Below are positions 48,290-57,855 of a stretch of 64,000 nt of DNA, piece after piece. How positions within the stretch are numbered: the first letter of the stretch is position 1; each line of letters opens with the position of its first letter. The notes below the pieces were generated by a model. It had not been told where the DNA came from, ran no database searches, and saw only the letters and a list, made by a program, of their open reading frames with translations. Where the stretch lies: positions 96,001 through 160,000 of the forward strand of contig CAVYTA010000006.1 of NCBI GenBank assembly GCA_963771355.1. Direction: 5' to 3'. Position numbers and translations under genes: made by a program. Source of the DNA: an uncultured Candidatus Rokubacteria bacterium (GTDB taxonomy: Bacteria > Methylomirabilota > Methylomirabilia > Rokubacteriales > CSP1-6).

Positions 48290-51005
48290 GCGTCGCGGTG
48301 AGCTCGGCGGGGCGGCTCCGGGCGGTGAGCAGCGCGGGCAGCACGGCGAGCGCGGCCACCAGCCCCGCCAGCGCGCCGAGGGTGAGGAGCAGCCCGAGAC
48401 TCCAGATGCCCTGGTGCCGGGCCACCAGCAGGGCGCCGAACCCCGCCATGAGCGCGAGCCCGTTGAGGAGCACGGCGAGGGCCGTGCTGCGGGGCAGGGT
48501 GGTCCTGGTGCCGTCCGCGGCCGCTTCCATGTGGCGCACCATCACGTTGACCCCGTACTCGGCGGCAATGCCCATGATGAGCGGCAGCCCCCAGACATTG
48601 GCCAGGTTGAACTTGAGGCCGAGCGGGACCATGAGGCCGAGGGTCCAGATGGTGCCCAGGACGAGCGGGGTGAGGGCGAGCAGGCTCTCGCGCACGCGCC
48701 GCAGGACGAGCAGGATGACGGTCGCCACCAGGAGGAGGGCGTATAGCGTGCCTTCCACATAGGCCCGCTCGATCAACTGGATCGTTTCGTAGGTGATGAC
48801 GGGGGAGCCGGTGACGTCGGGGTCCACGCTGCGCAGGTCGGTGGTGAAGCGATGCGCGGCCTCGCGCTCCCAGATATTCACGGCGGGATGGATGCGGATC
48901 AGGAACTGCCCGCTGCGGCCGACGTGCCGCTGGCGGAGCCCTTCGGGCAGGCTCTCGGGCGTGACGGCGCCCGGGTCGAGGCGCTCCCGGAAGGTCTGCA
49001 TCTTCTCGGCGAAGTCCCGGGCGAGCGCGTCGCCCAGGGGGCCGAGGGTGCGGCGTATCGACGACGCCTCGGCGCGCCCGAGCCGCCCGGAGAGCAGGCC
49101 GAGCCGTGCGTGCAGCGCGGCCAGGGGTGCCGCGGCAGGATTCCCGCGTCCTTCCGACACCGCCAGGCCGAGACGCCGGTGAAGCGCGTCCACCGCGGTG
49201 TGCAAACGCTGGGGATTCAGCGGCGCGGGGGGCGCCACCTGGATGTCGGCGACCTCGGGGGCCATCTGGCGCAGGATGGCGCGCTTGGCCTCCTGCTGCT
49301 CCGGTACCAGCGGGAGCACGCTCTCCACGCGCGAGACCGAGGGGAGCGCGGCGAAGGCGGCCTGCTTTGCGCGTAGCTCGTCGAGCGTCCGGGCGGTGGC
49401 GAGCCCGGTGAAGCCGGAGCGCCCGGCCCGCTCGAGCACGCGTCGCTCCCACTCGACCGACTCGGTGCCCTTGGCCTGGAGGTTGAGGAGGTTGTAGTCG
49501 AAGCCGACCCGCGGGATGGCCACCAGGGCGGCGGCGGTGAGGACGGCGGCCACCGCCAGCACGGGGACCCGATGCCGGGCGAGCCACTCCAGCGCCGGCG
49601 CGTCCAGCCGGGCCCGCGGGTCGGCGGCGCCGCGCGGCACCCACGCGCGGCCCCGGTCGGTGAGGGCAAGCAGGGCGGGAAATACCGTGAGCATGGCGAG
49701 GAAGGCGACCAGGATGGCGATCGCCGAGACGATACCGAACTCGCGGATCCCGCGGAACTCGGTCAGCCCGAGGACCGCGAACGTCCCCGCCGCGGTGAGG
49801 GCCCCGAGCAGGATGCCGGGCCCCGCACGCTCCGCCGTCCGTTCCAGCGCGGCCCCTACCTCCAGCCCCCGCGCGCGCTCCTCCTCGTAGCGGAAGAGGA
49901 AGTAGATGCCGTAGTCGATGCCGATCCCCACCATCAGCGAGATGAACATGACCGAGAAGACGGTGAGCTGCCCGATGGTCAGGGTGATCACGCCCAGCGC
50001 GCACAGGAGGCCGAGCCCCAGCGCGGCCAGCATCAGGAGCGGCCGCCGGATCTCTCGGAAGGCGAGGAAGAGCAATCCCGCGACCACGGCGACGGCGAGC
50101 GCGGTGGCCAGGCCGCTGTCCCGGAAGGCCGTGGTCATCTCGTCGTTGGACAGCGCGGGGGCCCCGGTCACGCCGACGCGCACGCCCGGGAACTCCGCGC
50201 GGAGGCGCGCGATCACGGCGCGGAGCTCGGCGATCTTCTCCTGATTGTCGGTGAAGGAGCCCTCGCGCCGCGTCTGCTCGACGAACACGAAGAGCAGGCG
50301 ACCGTCCGGCGCCGCAAAATAGCCGTCCCCGCCGCGGCCCGGATTGGGCGCGTTGAAGAAATCACCCCACGGGGACTGGTAGGGAGCCGGCGGTCCCTCG
50401 AGCCGAGCCTCCATCTGGGTCAGTAGCCCGTCGAGAATGGCGAAGTTCGGCGGGGCGGCCTTGTCGTCGAGTCCGAAGCCGATGAAGCGGGCCACGAAGG
50501 CGCGCCCCACCTCCTGGTTGATGCCCTCGAGCAGGCGGTCCAGGCTCGGGTGGGCCGCGTAGGAGGTGGCGAACTCCTGGTGATCGAAGAGCTGGTCGTG
50601 CAGCGACGCGAGCGTGTCGAGGGGGAGATACAGGAGCCCGTGACGCTCGAAGAACCCGCGGTCCAGGCGGTAGGTGATGCGCGAGAAACGATCCGGCCGG
50701 GCGGCCAGGGCCTCCGCCAGGCGACCCACGAAGCGCCGCGATTCCTCTCCGCTGTCGGAGTCCACCGCCACCACGATGTCGTTCAGCTCGCCGAAGTCCT
50801 GGAGGTACTCGCGGTAGAGCGCGGCGTAGCGCGCGCTGGCCGGGAGCAGGCGGGCCATGGAGCTCTGGAACCCCAGCGCGTGCATGGTCCAGAGGCTCGC
50901 GGCCACCGCCAGCATCAGGGCCACCCCCAGGGTGACCCATGGACGGCGCGTGGAGAGCTGGACCAGCCGGAGGAGGATCCGGCTGCTCGGCCGAACCGTG
51001 GTCAA
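48273..51005 (-). CDS. MMPL/RND transporter, HpnN-like (lipid/hopanoid-associated)
   Basis: Two TM bundles; GVTGAPALSNDE, GIGIDYGI, FDYNLLNLQAKGTESV, FNLAN; TTG start in TTGA overlap. Confidence 0.85.
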   Translation of the reverse strand: MTTVRPSSRILLRLVQLSTRRPWVTLGVALMLAVAASLWTMHALGFQSSMARLLPASARYAALYREYLQDFGELNDIVVAVDSDSGEESRRFVGRLAEALAARPDRFSRITYRLDRGFFERHGLLYLPLDTLASLHDQLFDHQEFATSYAAHPSLDRLLEGINQEVGRAFVARFIGFGLDDKAAPPNFAILDGLLTQMEARLEGPPAPYQSPWGDFFNAPNPGRGGDGYFAAPDGRLLFVFVEQTRREGSFTDNQEKIAELRAVIARLRAEFPGVRVGVTGAPALSNDEMTTAFRDSGLATALAVAVVAGLLFLAFREIRRPLLMLAALGLGLLCALGVITLTIGQLTVFSVMFISLMVGIGIDYGIYFLFRYEEERARGLEVGAALERTAERAGPGILLGALTAAGTFAVLGLTEFRGIREFGIVSAIAILVAFLAMLTVFPALLALTDRGRAWVPRGAADPRARLDAPALEWLARHRVPVLAVAAVLTAAALVAIPRVGFDYNLLNLQAKGTESVEWERRVLERAGRSGFTGLATARTLDELRAKQAAFAALPSVSRVESVLPLVPEQQEAKRAILRQMAPEVADIQVAPPAPLNPQRLHTAVDALHRRLGLAVSEGRGNPAAAPLAALHARLGLLSGRLGRAEASSIRRTLGPLGDALARDFAEKMQTFRERLDPGAVTPESLPEGLRQRHVGRSGQFLIRIHPAVNIWEREAAHRFTTDLRSVDPDVTGSPVITYETIQLIERAYVEGTLYALLLVATVILLVLRRVRESLLALTPLVLGTIWTLGLMVPLGLKFNLANVWGLPLIMGIAAEYGVNVMVRHMEAAADGTRTTLPRSTALAVLLNGLALMAGFGALLVARHQGIWSLGLLLTLGALAGLVAALAVLPALLTARSRPAELTATPTLSR

Positions 51006-51868
51006 CGCCCGCCCGGCCCGGGCACCAGGACGGGAAGCGCCGCGGGCAGCACGCGGAGCACCTCCGCGGGCGCGCCCGAGGCCGTCACCGACACGTGGGC
51101 GCCGCGCAGGCGCTGCACGTGCCGCCACCGTCCGGGATGGTGGAGAACGAATCCCAGGAGGACCGCGATGAGGGCCAGGTTGGACCGCCGCGGCACGATC
51201 AGCACATCGAGCAGCCCATCGAAGGGATTGGCGTCGGGGGTGAGTGGGAGATACCCCCGATAAGTTGGCACATTGGCCACGATGGCCATGGCGGCGTCGC
51301 TCGTCACGCGGCGCCCGTCCACCGTGACCTCGACGGACGGGGGCGGGGTGGTGCGGACCAGCTCCACCGCCGACCGAACATAGGTGAGATAGCGGAGCAT
51401 CCCCGATTTCGGCGGCACCCGCTCCTCCACGCCCAGCTTGATGGTCTCGAGGAAGCCGAAGCTCCGGCTGGAGAGGAAGAGCCCGCCGCCCTTGTCTTCC
51501 TGTCCCACGTCGGCCGGCAGGACCCGGCCCGCGCGCAGCAGGCGTACGACGAAGTCGGGATCCGCGCGATGACCGAAGGTGCGGGCAAAGATATTGCCGA
51601 AGCCGGTCGGCACGGGGAGGAAGCGGGCGCCGAGCCGCACCGCCACCGGGGCGAACTCGCTGAGCGTGCTGTCACCGCCCACGCAGATCAGGGCGTCGAG
51701 CGGCTCACGGGTATCCTCGACCCAGATGCGGGCCTCGGTCGAGTCGCGGAACACGCGGGTCCGGGCGTCATACCCCTCGGCGCGCAGACGCTGCTCCAGG
51801 CTCCGCGCGACCGCGAGCCCCCGGCCATTGCCGGACACTGGATTGACGACGAGCTGAAGTGGGCGCAC
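51002..51868 (-). CDS. Diacylglycerol/lipid kinase family (DagK/YegS-like)
   Basis: VVNPVSGNG, VGGDST, PTGFGN.FA, DGLLDV. Confidence 0.85.
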   Translation of the reverse strand: MRPLQLVVNPVSGNGRGLAVARSLEQRLRAEGYDARTRVFRDSTEARIWVEDTREPLDALICVGGDSTLSEFAPVAVRLGARFLPVPTGFGNIFARTFGHRADPDFVVRLLRAGRVLPADVGQEDKGGGLFLSSRSFGFLETIKLGVEERVPPKSGMLRYLTYVRSAVELVRTTPPPSVEVTVDGRRVTSDAAMAIVANVPTYRGYLPLTPDANPFDGLLDVLIVPRRSNLALIAVLLGFVLHHPGRWRHVQRLRGAHVSVTASGAPAEVLRVLPAALPVLVPGPGGR

Positions 51869-51914
51869 CGACAGCCTATGGTAATATGAGCGCCCGCTCA
51901 CGGCGAACGCATTC

Positions 51915-52616
51915 ATGGTGAGACGACTCGAGCCGAAGGACCTGCCCCATCAGTTCGGCGGCTCCCCCGAGGAAGTCGGCCGCAACCTGGATAGCCTCAC
52001 CAAGGCCAACCGCTACTTCGGTGGCGTCCGCAGCCTGGCCCGGCCCCTGCACCGCCTGCTGCTCGGGCACCGCGGCCGGCCCGTGCGCCTGCTCGACGTG
52101 GGCTGCGGGCGCGCCGAGGCCGCGCGCCGGCACGTGGAATGGGCGCGCGCCCAGGCGATCGACCTCCGCGTCACCGTGGTCGATCGGGACGCCGACGTCA
52201 TCGCCCATGCCCGCCGCGGGTGCCAGGGCTATCCCGAGATCCGCATCGTCCGCGGTGACGCGCTCGGGCTCCCGTTCCGCCCGGGGGCCTTCGATTATGT
52301 GTCGGCCTCGATGCTGCTGCACTACTTCGGCACCGAGGAGGCGGCCGGCATCGTGCGCGGATGGGCGGCGCTGGCGGGTCGGGCGGTGATCGTGAGCGAC
52401 GTGCGCCGGCACTGGTTTCCCTGCGCGGCGATCTCGGTGCTCTCGCGGCTGTCCGGCAGCCCGCTGTTCGGGGCGGGGTCCCGCCGGACCGTGCTCCGCG
52501 GCTTCACGCCGGCCGAGCTGAGCAGGCTGGCCCGCGAGGCGGCACTGGGTCGATGGAGGCTCACGCGTCACTTCCCCTTCCGGCTGGCCCTGGTGGGATT
52601 CGTGGCGGCAGACTAG
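51915..52616 (+). CDS. Class I SAM-dependent methyltransferase
   Basis: NRYFGG, LLDVGCG, GDAL.LPF..GAFDYV, RGFT..EL, FPFR. Confidence 0.85.
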   Translation: MVRRLEPKDLPHQFGGSPEEVGRNLDSLTKANRYFGGVRSLARPLHRLLLGHRGRPVRLLDVGCGRAEAARRHVEWARAQAIDLRVTVVDRDADVIAHARRGCQGYPEIRIVRGDALGLPFRPGAFDYVSASMLLHYFGTEEAAGIVRGWAALAGRAVIVSDVRRHWFPCAAISVLSRLSGSPLFGAGSRRTVLRGFTPAELSRLAREAALGRWRLTRHFPFRLALVGFVAAD

Positions 52617-53356
52617 CGCCGCGCCACCAGGCGCCGGAACACGGCCCCATGGGCGAAGCCGTAGGGGGCCGCCAGCTCGGCGGCGTTCTTCTTGACGCGC
52701 GCCCCGATGGTCTCGCCCGACGGCACGTTGAAGCCCGGCACCTGGCTCTCATGGCGAACGAGGGCGGCGATCTGCCGGTCCACCGCGTCCGACACGTCCA
52801 CGATCGCGTCGGGCGCGTCGGCCCCCCAGTACCAGAGCTCGCGGACCTTGTGCGGCTCGAGCCCGTCCCGCGTGACGTGCTCGGGGAAGTGGAGGTGGTC
52901 GCGCGCGTAGGGATACACCGCGTCCGTCGTCACGATGCCGGCCTTGCGATGGTCACGGTGCTGGAAGCCCTTCATGCGGTACGGATCGTGGACGAACACG
53001 GTGTCGGGGCGGTGCTGGCGGATGGCGCGCACCACGTCGCCGAGGAAGGCGCGCGTTTCCTCCAGCTCGCCGTCGGGATAGCCCAGCATGACGACGTGCT
53101 TCACCCCCATGAAGTCGGCGGCGGCCCGCTGCTCCTCCGCCCGGCGCTGGGCGAGCGCGGCCGGGGTCAGCGTGCGGTCGGCGCTGCCCGCGTCGCCGTT
53201 GGTGCACAGCACGTACGTCACCTCGCAGCCCGCCGCCACCCACTTGGCGATCACGCCGCCGGAGCCGATCTCGGCGTCGTCCGGGTGGGCGAAGACCACC
53301 ATGGCCCGGGCGGGGACCTCCGTCACCACCTCGAGCGGGCCCTGGTCCGCGCTCAT
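52613..53356 (-). CDS. PIG-L/LmbE family deacetylase
   Basis: AHPDDAE, TNGDAG, HRDH, H.SQ. Confidence 0.92.
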   Translation of the reverse strand: MSADQGPLEVVTEVPARAMVVFAHPDDAEIGSGGVIAKWVAAGCEVTYVLCTNGDAGSADRTLTPAALAQRRAEEQRAAADFMGVKHVVMLGYPDGELEETRAFLGDVVRAIRQHRPDTVFVHDPYRMKGFQHRDHRKAGIVTTDAVYPYARDHLHFPEHVTRDGLEPHKVRELWYWGADAPDAIVDVSDAVDRQIAALVRHESQVPGFNVPSGETIGARVKKNAAELAAPYGFAHGAVFRRLVARR

Positions 53357-54591
53357 CGCGGGCGCGCCGCCATCTGGGCGGGGTCCATCCCGTAGAAGAG
53401 CCCGCCCCCGGTGTCGCCCGGGCGAGGCCAGGGGTGCGCGCGCAGCACGCGCTCGTCGATCTCCGTGCCCCAGCCCGGCGCGTCGCTCAGCCAGATGTGG
53501 CCGTCGCGGATCTCCGGGGGCCTCGTTACCAGCGCGCCTTTCCAGGGCACGTCGTCGATGTCGATCTCCATGATGCGGACATTGGGCAGGACGGCGCAGA
53601 GGTGCAGCGAGTGCAGGTCGGCGAGGTGGCTGTAGTAGTTGTGCGGCGCGATGTTGATCTCGCAGGCCTCGGCGAGGCGGCCGATCTGTACCGCCTGGGA
53701 GAAGCCGTTCCACGGCACGTCGATGATGGCCACGTCCACCGCGTGCTTTTCGAGGAAGGGCCGGTATTGCCGGAGCGACACCAGGCTCTCGCAGGAGGCC
53801 AGCCGGGTGGAGGTGGACTGCTTGATCTGCAGCAGCGCGTCCGGGTCCCAGTTGTCGTACTCGAGCCACTGCATGTCGTACTTCTCCAGCAGCTTGGCGA
53901 TGCGGAGCACGCCCTCGGTCCGGAAGTTGTAGTTGAGATCGAGGCAGAGCCCCACCTTCGGTCCCACCGCGTCGCGGAAGGTCCCGATGAGGCGGTCGAT
54001 GGCGTCGAGGATCTCCACCGTGGGCGCCCCGTCGGTGGTGTTGATGCCGCTGCCGAAGCCCGGGAAGTAGACGGTGGCCGGATCGCCGGGGATGACCATG
54101 TTCGTCTTGAGCGCGGTGAAGCCCCGCGCCACCACCTCGCGTCCCAGCGCGGCGATGTCGTCGTAGGTCTTGAGCGGCGGCGTGCCCAGCACCGTGCCCA
54201 TGCGGGCCCGGGTGGTCCCGCAGTGCGACCAGTACAGCCGCATGCGGTCGCGCAGGGGCCCGCCGAAGAGCTCGTACACCGGCACCCCCAGCGCCTTGGC
54301 CTTGATGTCCCAGAGGGCGAGCTCGATGCCGGCCATCGCCTTGTGCGAGATGCCGCCCAGGTTCTGCCGCGTGGCGCGCAGCATGTCCCAGTACAGGCGC
54401 TCCACCGGGCGCGGGTCCTGGCCGACGAGTAGCGGCGCCAGATCGCGCACGCAGCCGGCGAGGCCGTGGGGACTGCGATTGTCGCTGCACTCCCCCCAGC
54501 CGACGAGCCCCCCGTCGGTCTCGATGCGGACGAAGGTCCAGGGTCGCCAGCCGCCGTCACAATGCAGCGCCTCTACACGCGCGATCTTCAT
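53353..54591 (-). CDS. Mandelate racemase/muconate lactonizing enzyme family (acid-sugar dehydratase-like)
   Basis: IETD.G..GWGE, IELALWDIKAKALGVPVYELFGG, LKT, D..W.E..E metal ligands, APHN. Confidence 0.92.
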   Translation of the reverse strand: MKIARVEALHCDGGWRPWTFVRIETDGGLVGWGECSDNRSPHGLAGCVRDLAPLLVGQDPRPVERLYWDMLRATRQNLGGISHKAMAGIELALWDIKAKALGVPVYELFGGPLRDRMRLYWSHCGTTRARMGTVLGTPPLKTYDDIAALGREVVARGFTALKTNMVIPGDPATVYFPGFGSGINTTDGAPTVEILDAIDRLIGTFRDAVGPKVGLCLDLNYNFRTEGVLRIAKLLEKYDMQWLEYDNWDPDALLQIKQSTSTRLASCESLVSLRQYRPFLEKHAVDVAIIDVPWNGFSQAVQIGRLAEACEINIAPHNYYSHLADLHSLHLCAVLPNVRIMEIDIDDVPWKGALVTRPPEIRDGHIWLSDAPGWGTEIDERVLRAHPWPRPGDTGGGLFYGMDPAQMAARPR

Positions 54592-54674
54592 CGGGCCTCC
54601 TGGTCGGGAATTGCGGGCACGCCATCTTACCCCAGGGCGGCGGCAGGGGAGCACCGCGGGGCTATACTGCCCCC

Positions 54675-56141
54675 ATGACGACATCCAGCGCTCACGCGTT
54701 CCGTCCGCATCCGGGGCTGCGTCAGGGATTCTCCAGCGAGGTGCCGCTGCCGACGCGGCTCGTCTCCAACGAGGAGTTCGCGCCGCTGCCGCCGACCGCC
54801 GCCCAGCGGCGCGTGGAGGCGCACATCCTGGCGGAGGCCGGGCGGCTGGCGCCGCGGCTCGGTCTCGGCCGCCGCGAGTTCCTGCGGACGGGCGGGGGCA
54901 TGGCGGTCTCGCTCCTGGCCATGAACGCGGTGTTCGGGCGCTTCTTCGACGTGCTCCCGGTGGAAGCGGCGGATCCGGTCGCCTTCCAGGAGCGCAAGGG
55001 TGACCCCGCCTTCATCTTCGACGTGCAGCTGCACTACGTGGGCGCGGGCTACGATCCCGGTGACACCGAACGCGCGCGGGGCGGGGTGAGCAAGCAGGGG
55101 TTGCTCGGGCTTCGTCGGAACTCGCGGCGGCTCAACCCGAAGCTTGCCGCCGACCGCGGCACGCTGGCCGATCTCGCCTGGGAGAACATGGTGAAGGAGG
55201 TCTTTCTCGACAGCGAGACCAGCATCGGGCTCATCTCCACGCCCCCCGGTCCCTATCCGCAGGAGGCGGTGGTGCCCCCCCGGGAGATGACCCATATCCG
55301 GGACGAGATCAATCGCGTTACCCAGTCGCGGCGCATGCTGGCGCACGGGCTGGTGACGCCCCAGCTCGGCCAGGCCGACCTCGACTTCATGGACATGCAG
55401 GCGGCCACCCTCAAGGTGGACGCGTGGAAGGCCTATACCGGCGCGGCGCCCAAGGGCTTCGACCGCGGCTGGTTCATGGACGACGAGAAGGTCGCCTATC
55501 CCATGCTGGAGCGGGCCCGCCGCCTCGGCGTGAAGCGGCTCTGCGTGCACAAGGGCCTGCCCCTGGGCCCGGTGGCGGACTTCAATCACCCGCGCGACTT
55601 CATCAAGGCGGCGCGGGACTTTCCCGATCTCGACTTCCTCGCATATCACGCGGGTCTCCTCTCCGTGTCCGCCACCGGGCAGACCGCGGAGGTGCCCTGG
55701 ACCAGCGAGTTCTGCCGCATGAAGAAGAAGGAGCCCGGCCTCCGGAACATCTACCTGGAGCTGGGCTCCACCTTCGGGCAGCTCGTCACCACCAACCCCA
55801 CCGCCTGCGCGCATCTCCTGGGGCAGGCCATCGACGCCTTCGGCGCGGACCACGTGCTCTGGGGCACGGACTCCATCTGGTACGGCTCACCCCAGTGGCA
55901 GATCGAGGCCTTCCGGCGCTTCGAGATCCCCCCCGCGCTGGTGGAGAAGCACGGCTATGCGCCGCTCACGCGCGCCGTGAAGGAGGGGATCTTCGGACTC
56001 AACGCGGCGCGCGTGTTCGGGGTGGACCCGAACGCCGCGCGCCACGAGATCCCGAAGGACTACCTGAGCCGGATCAAGATGTCCTATCTCGACGAGGGAC
56101 CGGCGCCCAGCCACCGCTGGTACGGCTGGGTCACTCGCTGA
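54675..56141 (+). CDS. Amidohydrolase family 2 protein
   Basis: FDVQLH, CVHKG, YHAG, LWGTDSIWYG; internal RREFL motif. Confidence 0.88.
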   Translation: MTTSSAHAFRPHPGLRQGFSSEVPLPTRLVSNEEFAPLPPTAAQRRVEAHILAEAGRLAPRLGLGRREFLRTGGGMAVSLLAMNAVFGRFFDVLPVEAADPVAFQERKGDPAFIFDVQLHYVGAGYDPGDTERARGGVSKQGLLGLRRNSRRLNPKLAADRGTLADLAWENMVKEVFLDSETSIGLISTPPGPYPQEAVVPPREMTHIRDEINRVTQSRRMLAHGLVTPQLGQADLDFMDMQAATLKVDAWKAYTGAAPKGFDRGWFMDDEKVAYPMLERARRLGVKRLCVHKGLPLGPVADFNHPRDFIKAARDFPDLDFLAYHAGLLSVSATGQTAEVPWTSEFCRMKKKEPGLRNIYLELGSTFGQLVTTNPTACAHLLGQAIDAFGADHVLWGTDSIWYGSPQWQIEAFRRFEIPPALVEKHGYAPLTRAVKEGIFGLNAARVFGVDPNAARHEIPKDYLSRIKMSYLDEGPAPSHRWYGWVTR

Positions 56142-57729
56142 GCCACACCGTATCGAGCTGCTGATTGATGTAGTGACTGGGCGTGATGGTCCAGCCGCGC
56201 ACCTTGGCCAGGTGCGGGACGATGCGCTGCCACTGGAAGGTCATGATGTAGTGGACTTCCTCGTCGTACAGGCGCTTCTCGAAGGCGCGCAGCAGCTTCT
56301 TCCGCTCCTCCGGATCCACCGCGCGGGACTGCTTCTCGTAGAGCTCGTCCATCACCGCGTCCTTGTGCCGGCTGAAGTTCACGGGTGACGTGCTGAGGAA
56401 CCAGTGCAGGTCCATGTCAGGCTCGACGATCGAGTTGCACGGCGCGTTGGTGGAGACCTCGAAGTCCCCGTTCTTTTGCGCCTGAAGCCAGGCGGCCGTC
56501 TCCAGCACCACCTGCTTGACGTTGAGCCCGACCTGCCGCCACTGGTCGATGAGCCAGATGGCGACCGGCTCGTAGGGCTGCGGCACCGCGCGGTTCAGGA
56601 GGGTGAAGGACAGGCCCTCCGCGCCGGCCTCCTTCAAGAGACGCCGTGCCTCCACGCGGGCGGCATTGATGTCACGTCCATAGCCCGCTAGCTTGGCCAG
56701 CTCCTCGGGCGGGGTGGCCCACGGGGTGCCCGGCACCTGGATGCCGGCGACATCCTTGACGATGGCGATGCGGGACAACGCCTTGGAGCCTTCGTACCGG
56801 TCCAGCGCGAGGGAGAGCGCGCGGCGGACCCGCTTGTCCTCGAACGGCTTCTTGTTCTGGTTCATCGCCACCTGGATGGAGCAGTTCCAGGCGCTCTCCT
56901 GCACGGTGAGCTTGTTGCCCAGCGCCGCCACCATCGAATCCCGATCCGCCGGGGTGAAGCCGCGGAACTGGATCATCGCGCGCTCCCCGCGTACCGCCGC
57001 CACCTGTGCGGAGGCGCTGGGAATGAAGATCGCCCGGAAGCCGTCCAGGTAAGGCTTGCCCTTGTCCCAGTAGTCGGGGTTCTTCTTGCCCACCCAGTGC
57101 GAGCCGCGCACGTACTCGACGAACTTGAAGGGCCCCGTCCCCATCACGTTCTTCTCGTACCAGCGCGGGTCGGCGGCGAGGAGATCGGCCTTGTAGATCC
57201 AGTTCCAGGGCGAGGCCAGGCTCGCCATGAAGGATCCTTCGTACCACTTGAGGCGAAAGATCACCGTGTCGGTCGCCGGCGCCTCCACCGCCTCGATCGC
57301 CCGGTACTGCTCCTTCCGGCTCGACACCACGCCCGGCGGCGGGAAGATGATGTGATCGTAGGAGGCCTTGACGTCTCGCGAGGTGAGGACGCTGCCGTCG
57401 TGGAACTTGACGCCCCGGCGGATCTTGAAGGTGTGGGTGCGCCGGTCCGGCGAGGCCGTCCAGGACTCGGCGAGGTCGCCGATGAACTTGGTGCCGGTCC
57501 GGTCAGTGGGATCCACCCGGATGAGGAGGTTGTAGTGCGGCGCCCCCGGATGGAGCATCGCGAAGGTCTCTTCCCGGTGGGCGTCGAAGCTCGGCGGCTC
57601 CGCGGGCACCACGAAGACGAGCTCGCCGCCGGGGCGGGGCTTGTCCTGAGCCGGGGCGGCCAACGGGGCGGCGAGGGCCAGCGCGCCCGAGAAAATCAAG
57701 GAGACGAACCGGATCTGGGTCGGGGTCAA
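56131..57729 (-). CDS. ABC transporter substrate-binding protein, family 5
   Basis: GGAGG RBS and TTG; DLAESW..SPD, FKIRRGVKFHDG..LTS.DV, MGTGPFK. Confidence 0.92.
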   Translation of the reverse strand: MTPTQIRFVSLIFSGALALAAPLAAPAQDKPRPGGELVFVVPAEPPSFDAHREETFAMLHPGAPHYNLLIRVDPTDRTGTKFIGDLAESWTASPDRRTHTFKIRRGVKFHDGSVLTSRDVKASYDHIIFPPPGVVSSRKEQYRAIEAVEAPATDTVIFRLKWYEGSFMASLASPWNWIYKADLLAADPRWYEKNVMGTGPFKFVEYVRGSHWVGKKNPDYWDKGKPYLDGFRAIFIPSASAQVAAVRGERAMIQFRGFTPADRDSMVAALGNKLTVQESAWNCSIQVAMNQNKKPFEDKRVRRALSLALDRYEGSKALSRIAIVKDVAGIQVPGTPWATPPEELAKLAGYGRDINAARVEARRLLKEAGAEGLSFTLLNRAVPQPYEPVAIWLIDQWRQVGLNVKQVVLETAAWLQAQKNGDFEVSTNAPCNSIVEPDMDLHWFLSTSPVNFSRHKDAVMDELYEKQSRAVDPEERKKLLRAFEKRLYDEEVHYIMTFQWQRIVPHLAKVRGWTITPSHYINQQLDTVWLSE

Positions 57730-57855
57730 GTTCCACCTCCCGCGTCGGTGAAGGGTGGGGGAAGGACACACGGGGTCTCGAGACGGGTCACCATGCGCGG
57801 CGGCGAGTCAAGTCGCCGGAATCCTACCATATCGGCGCCCGGGACCGCCGGGCGG

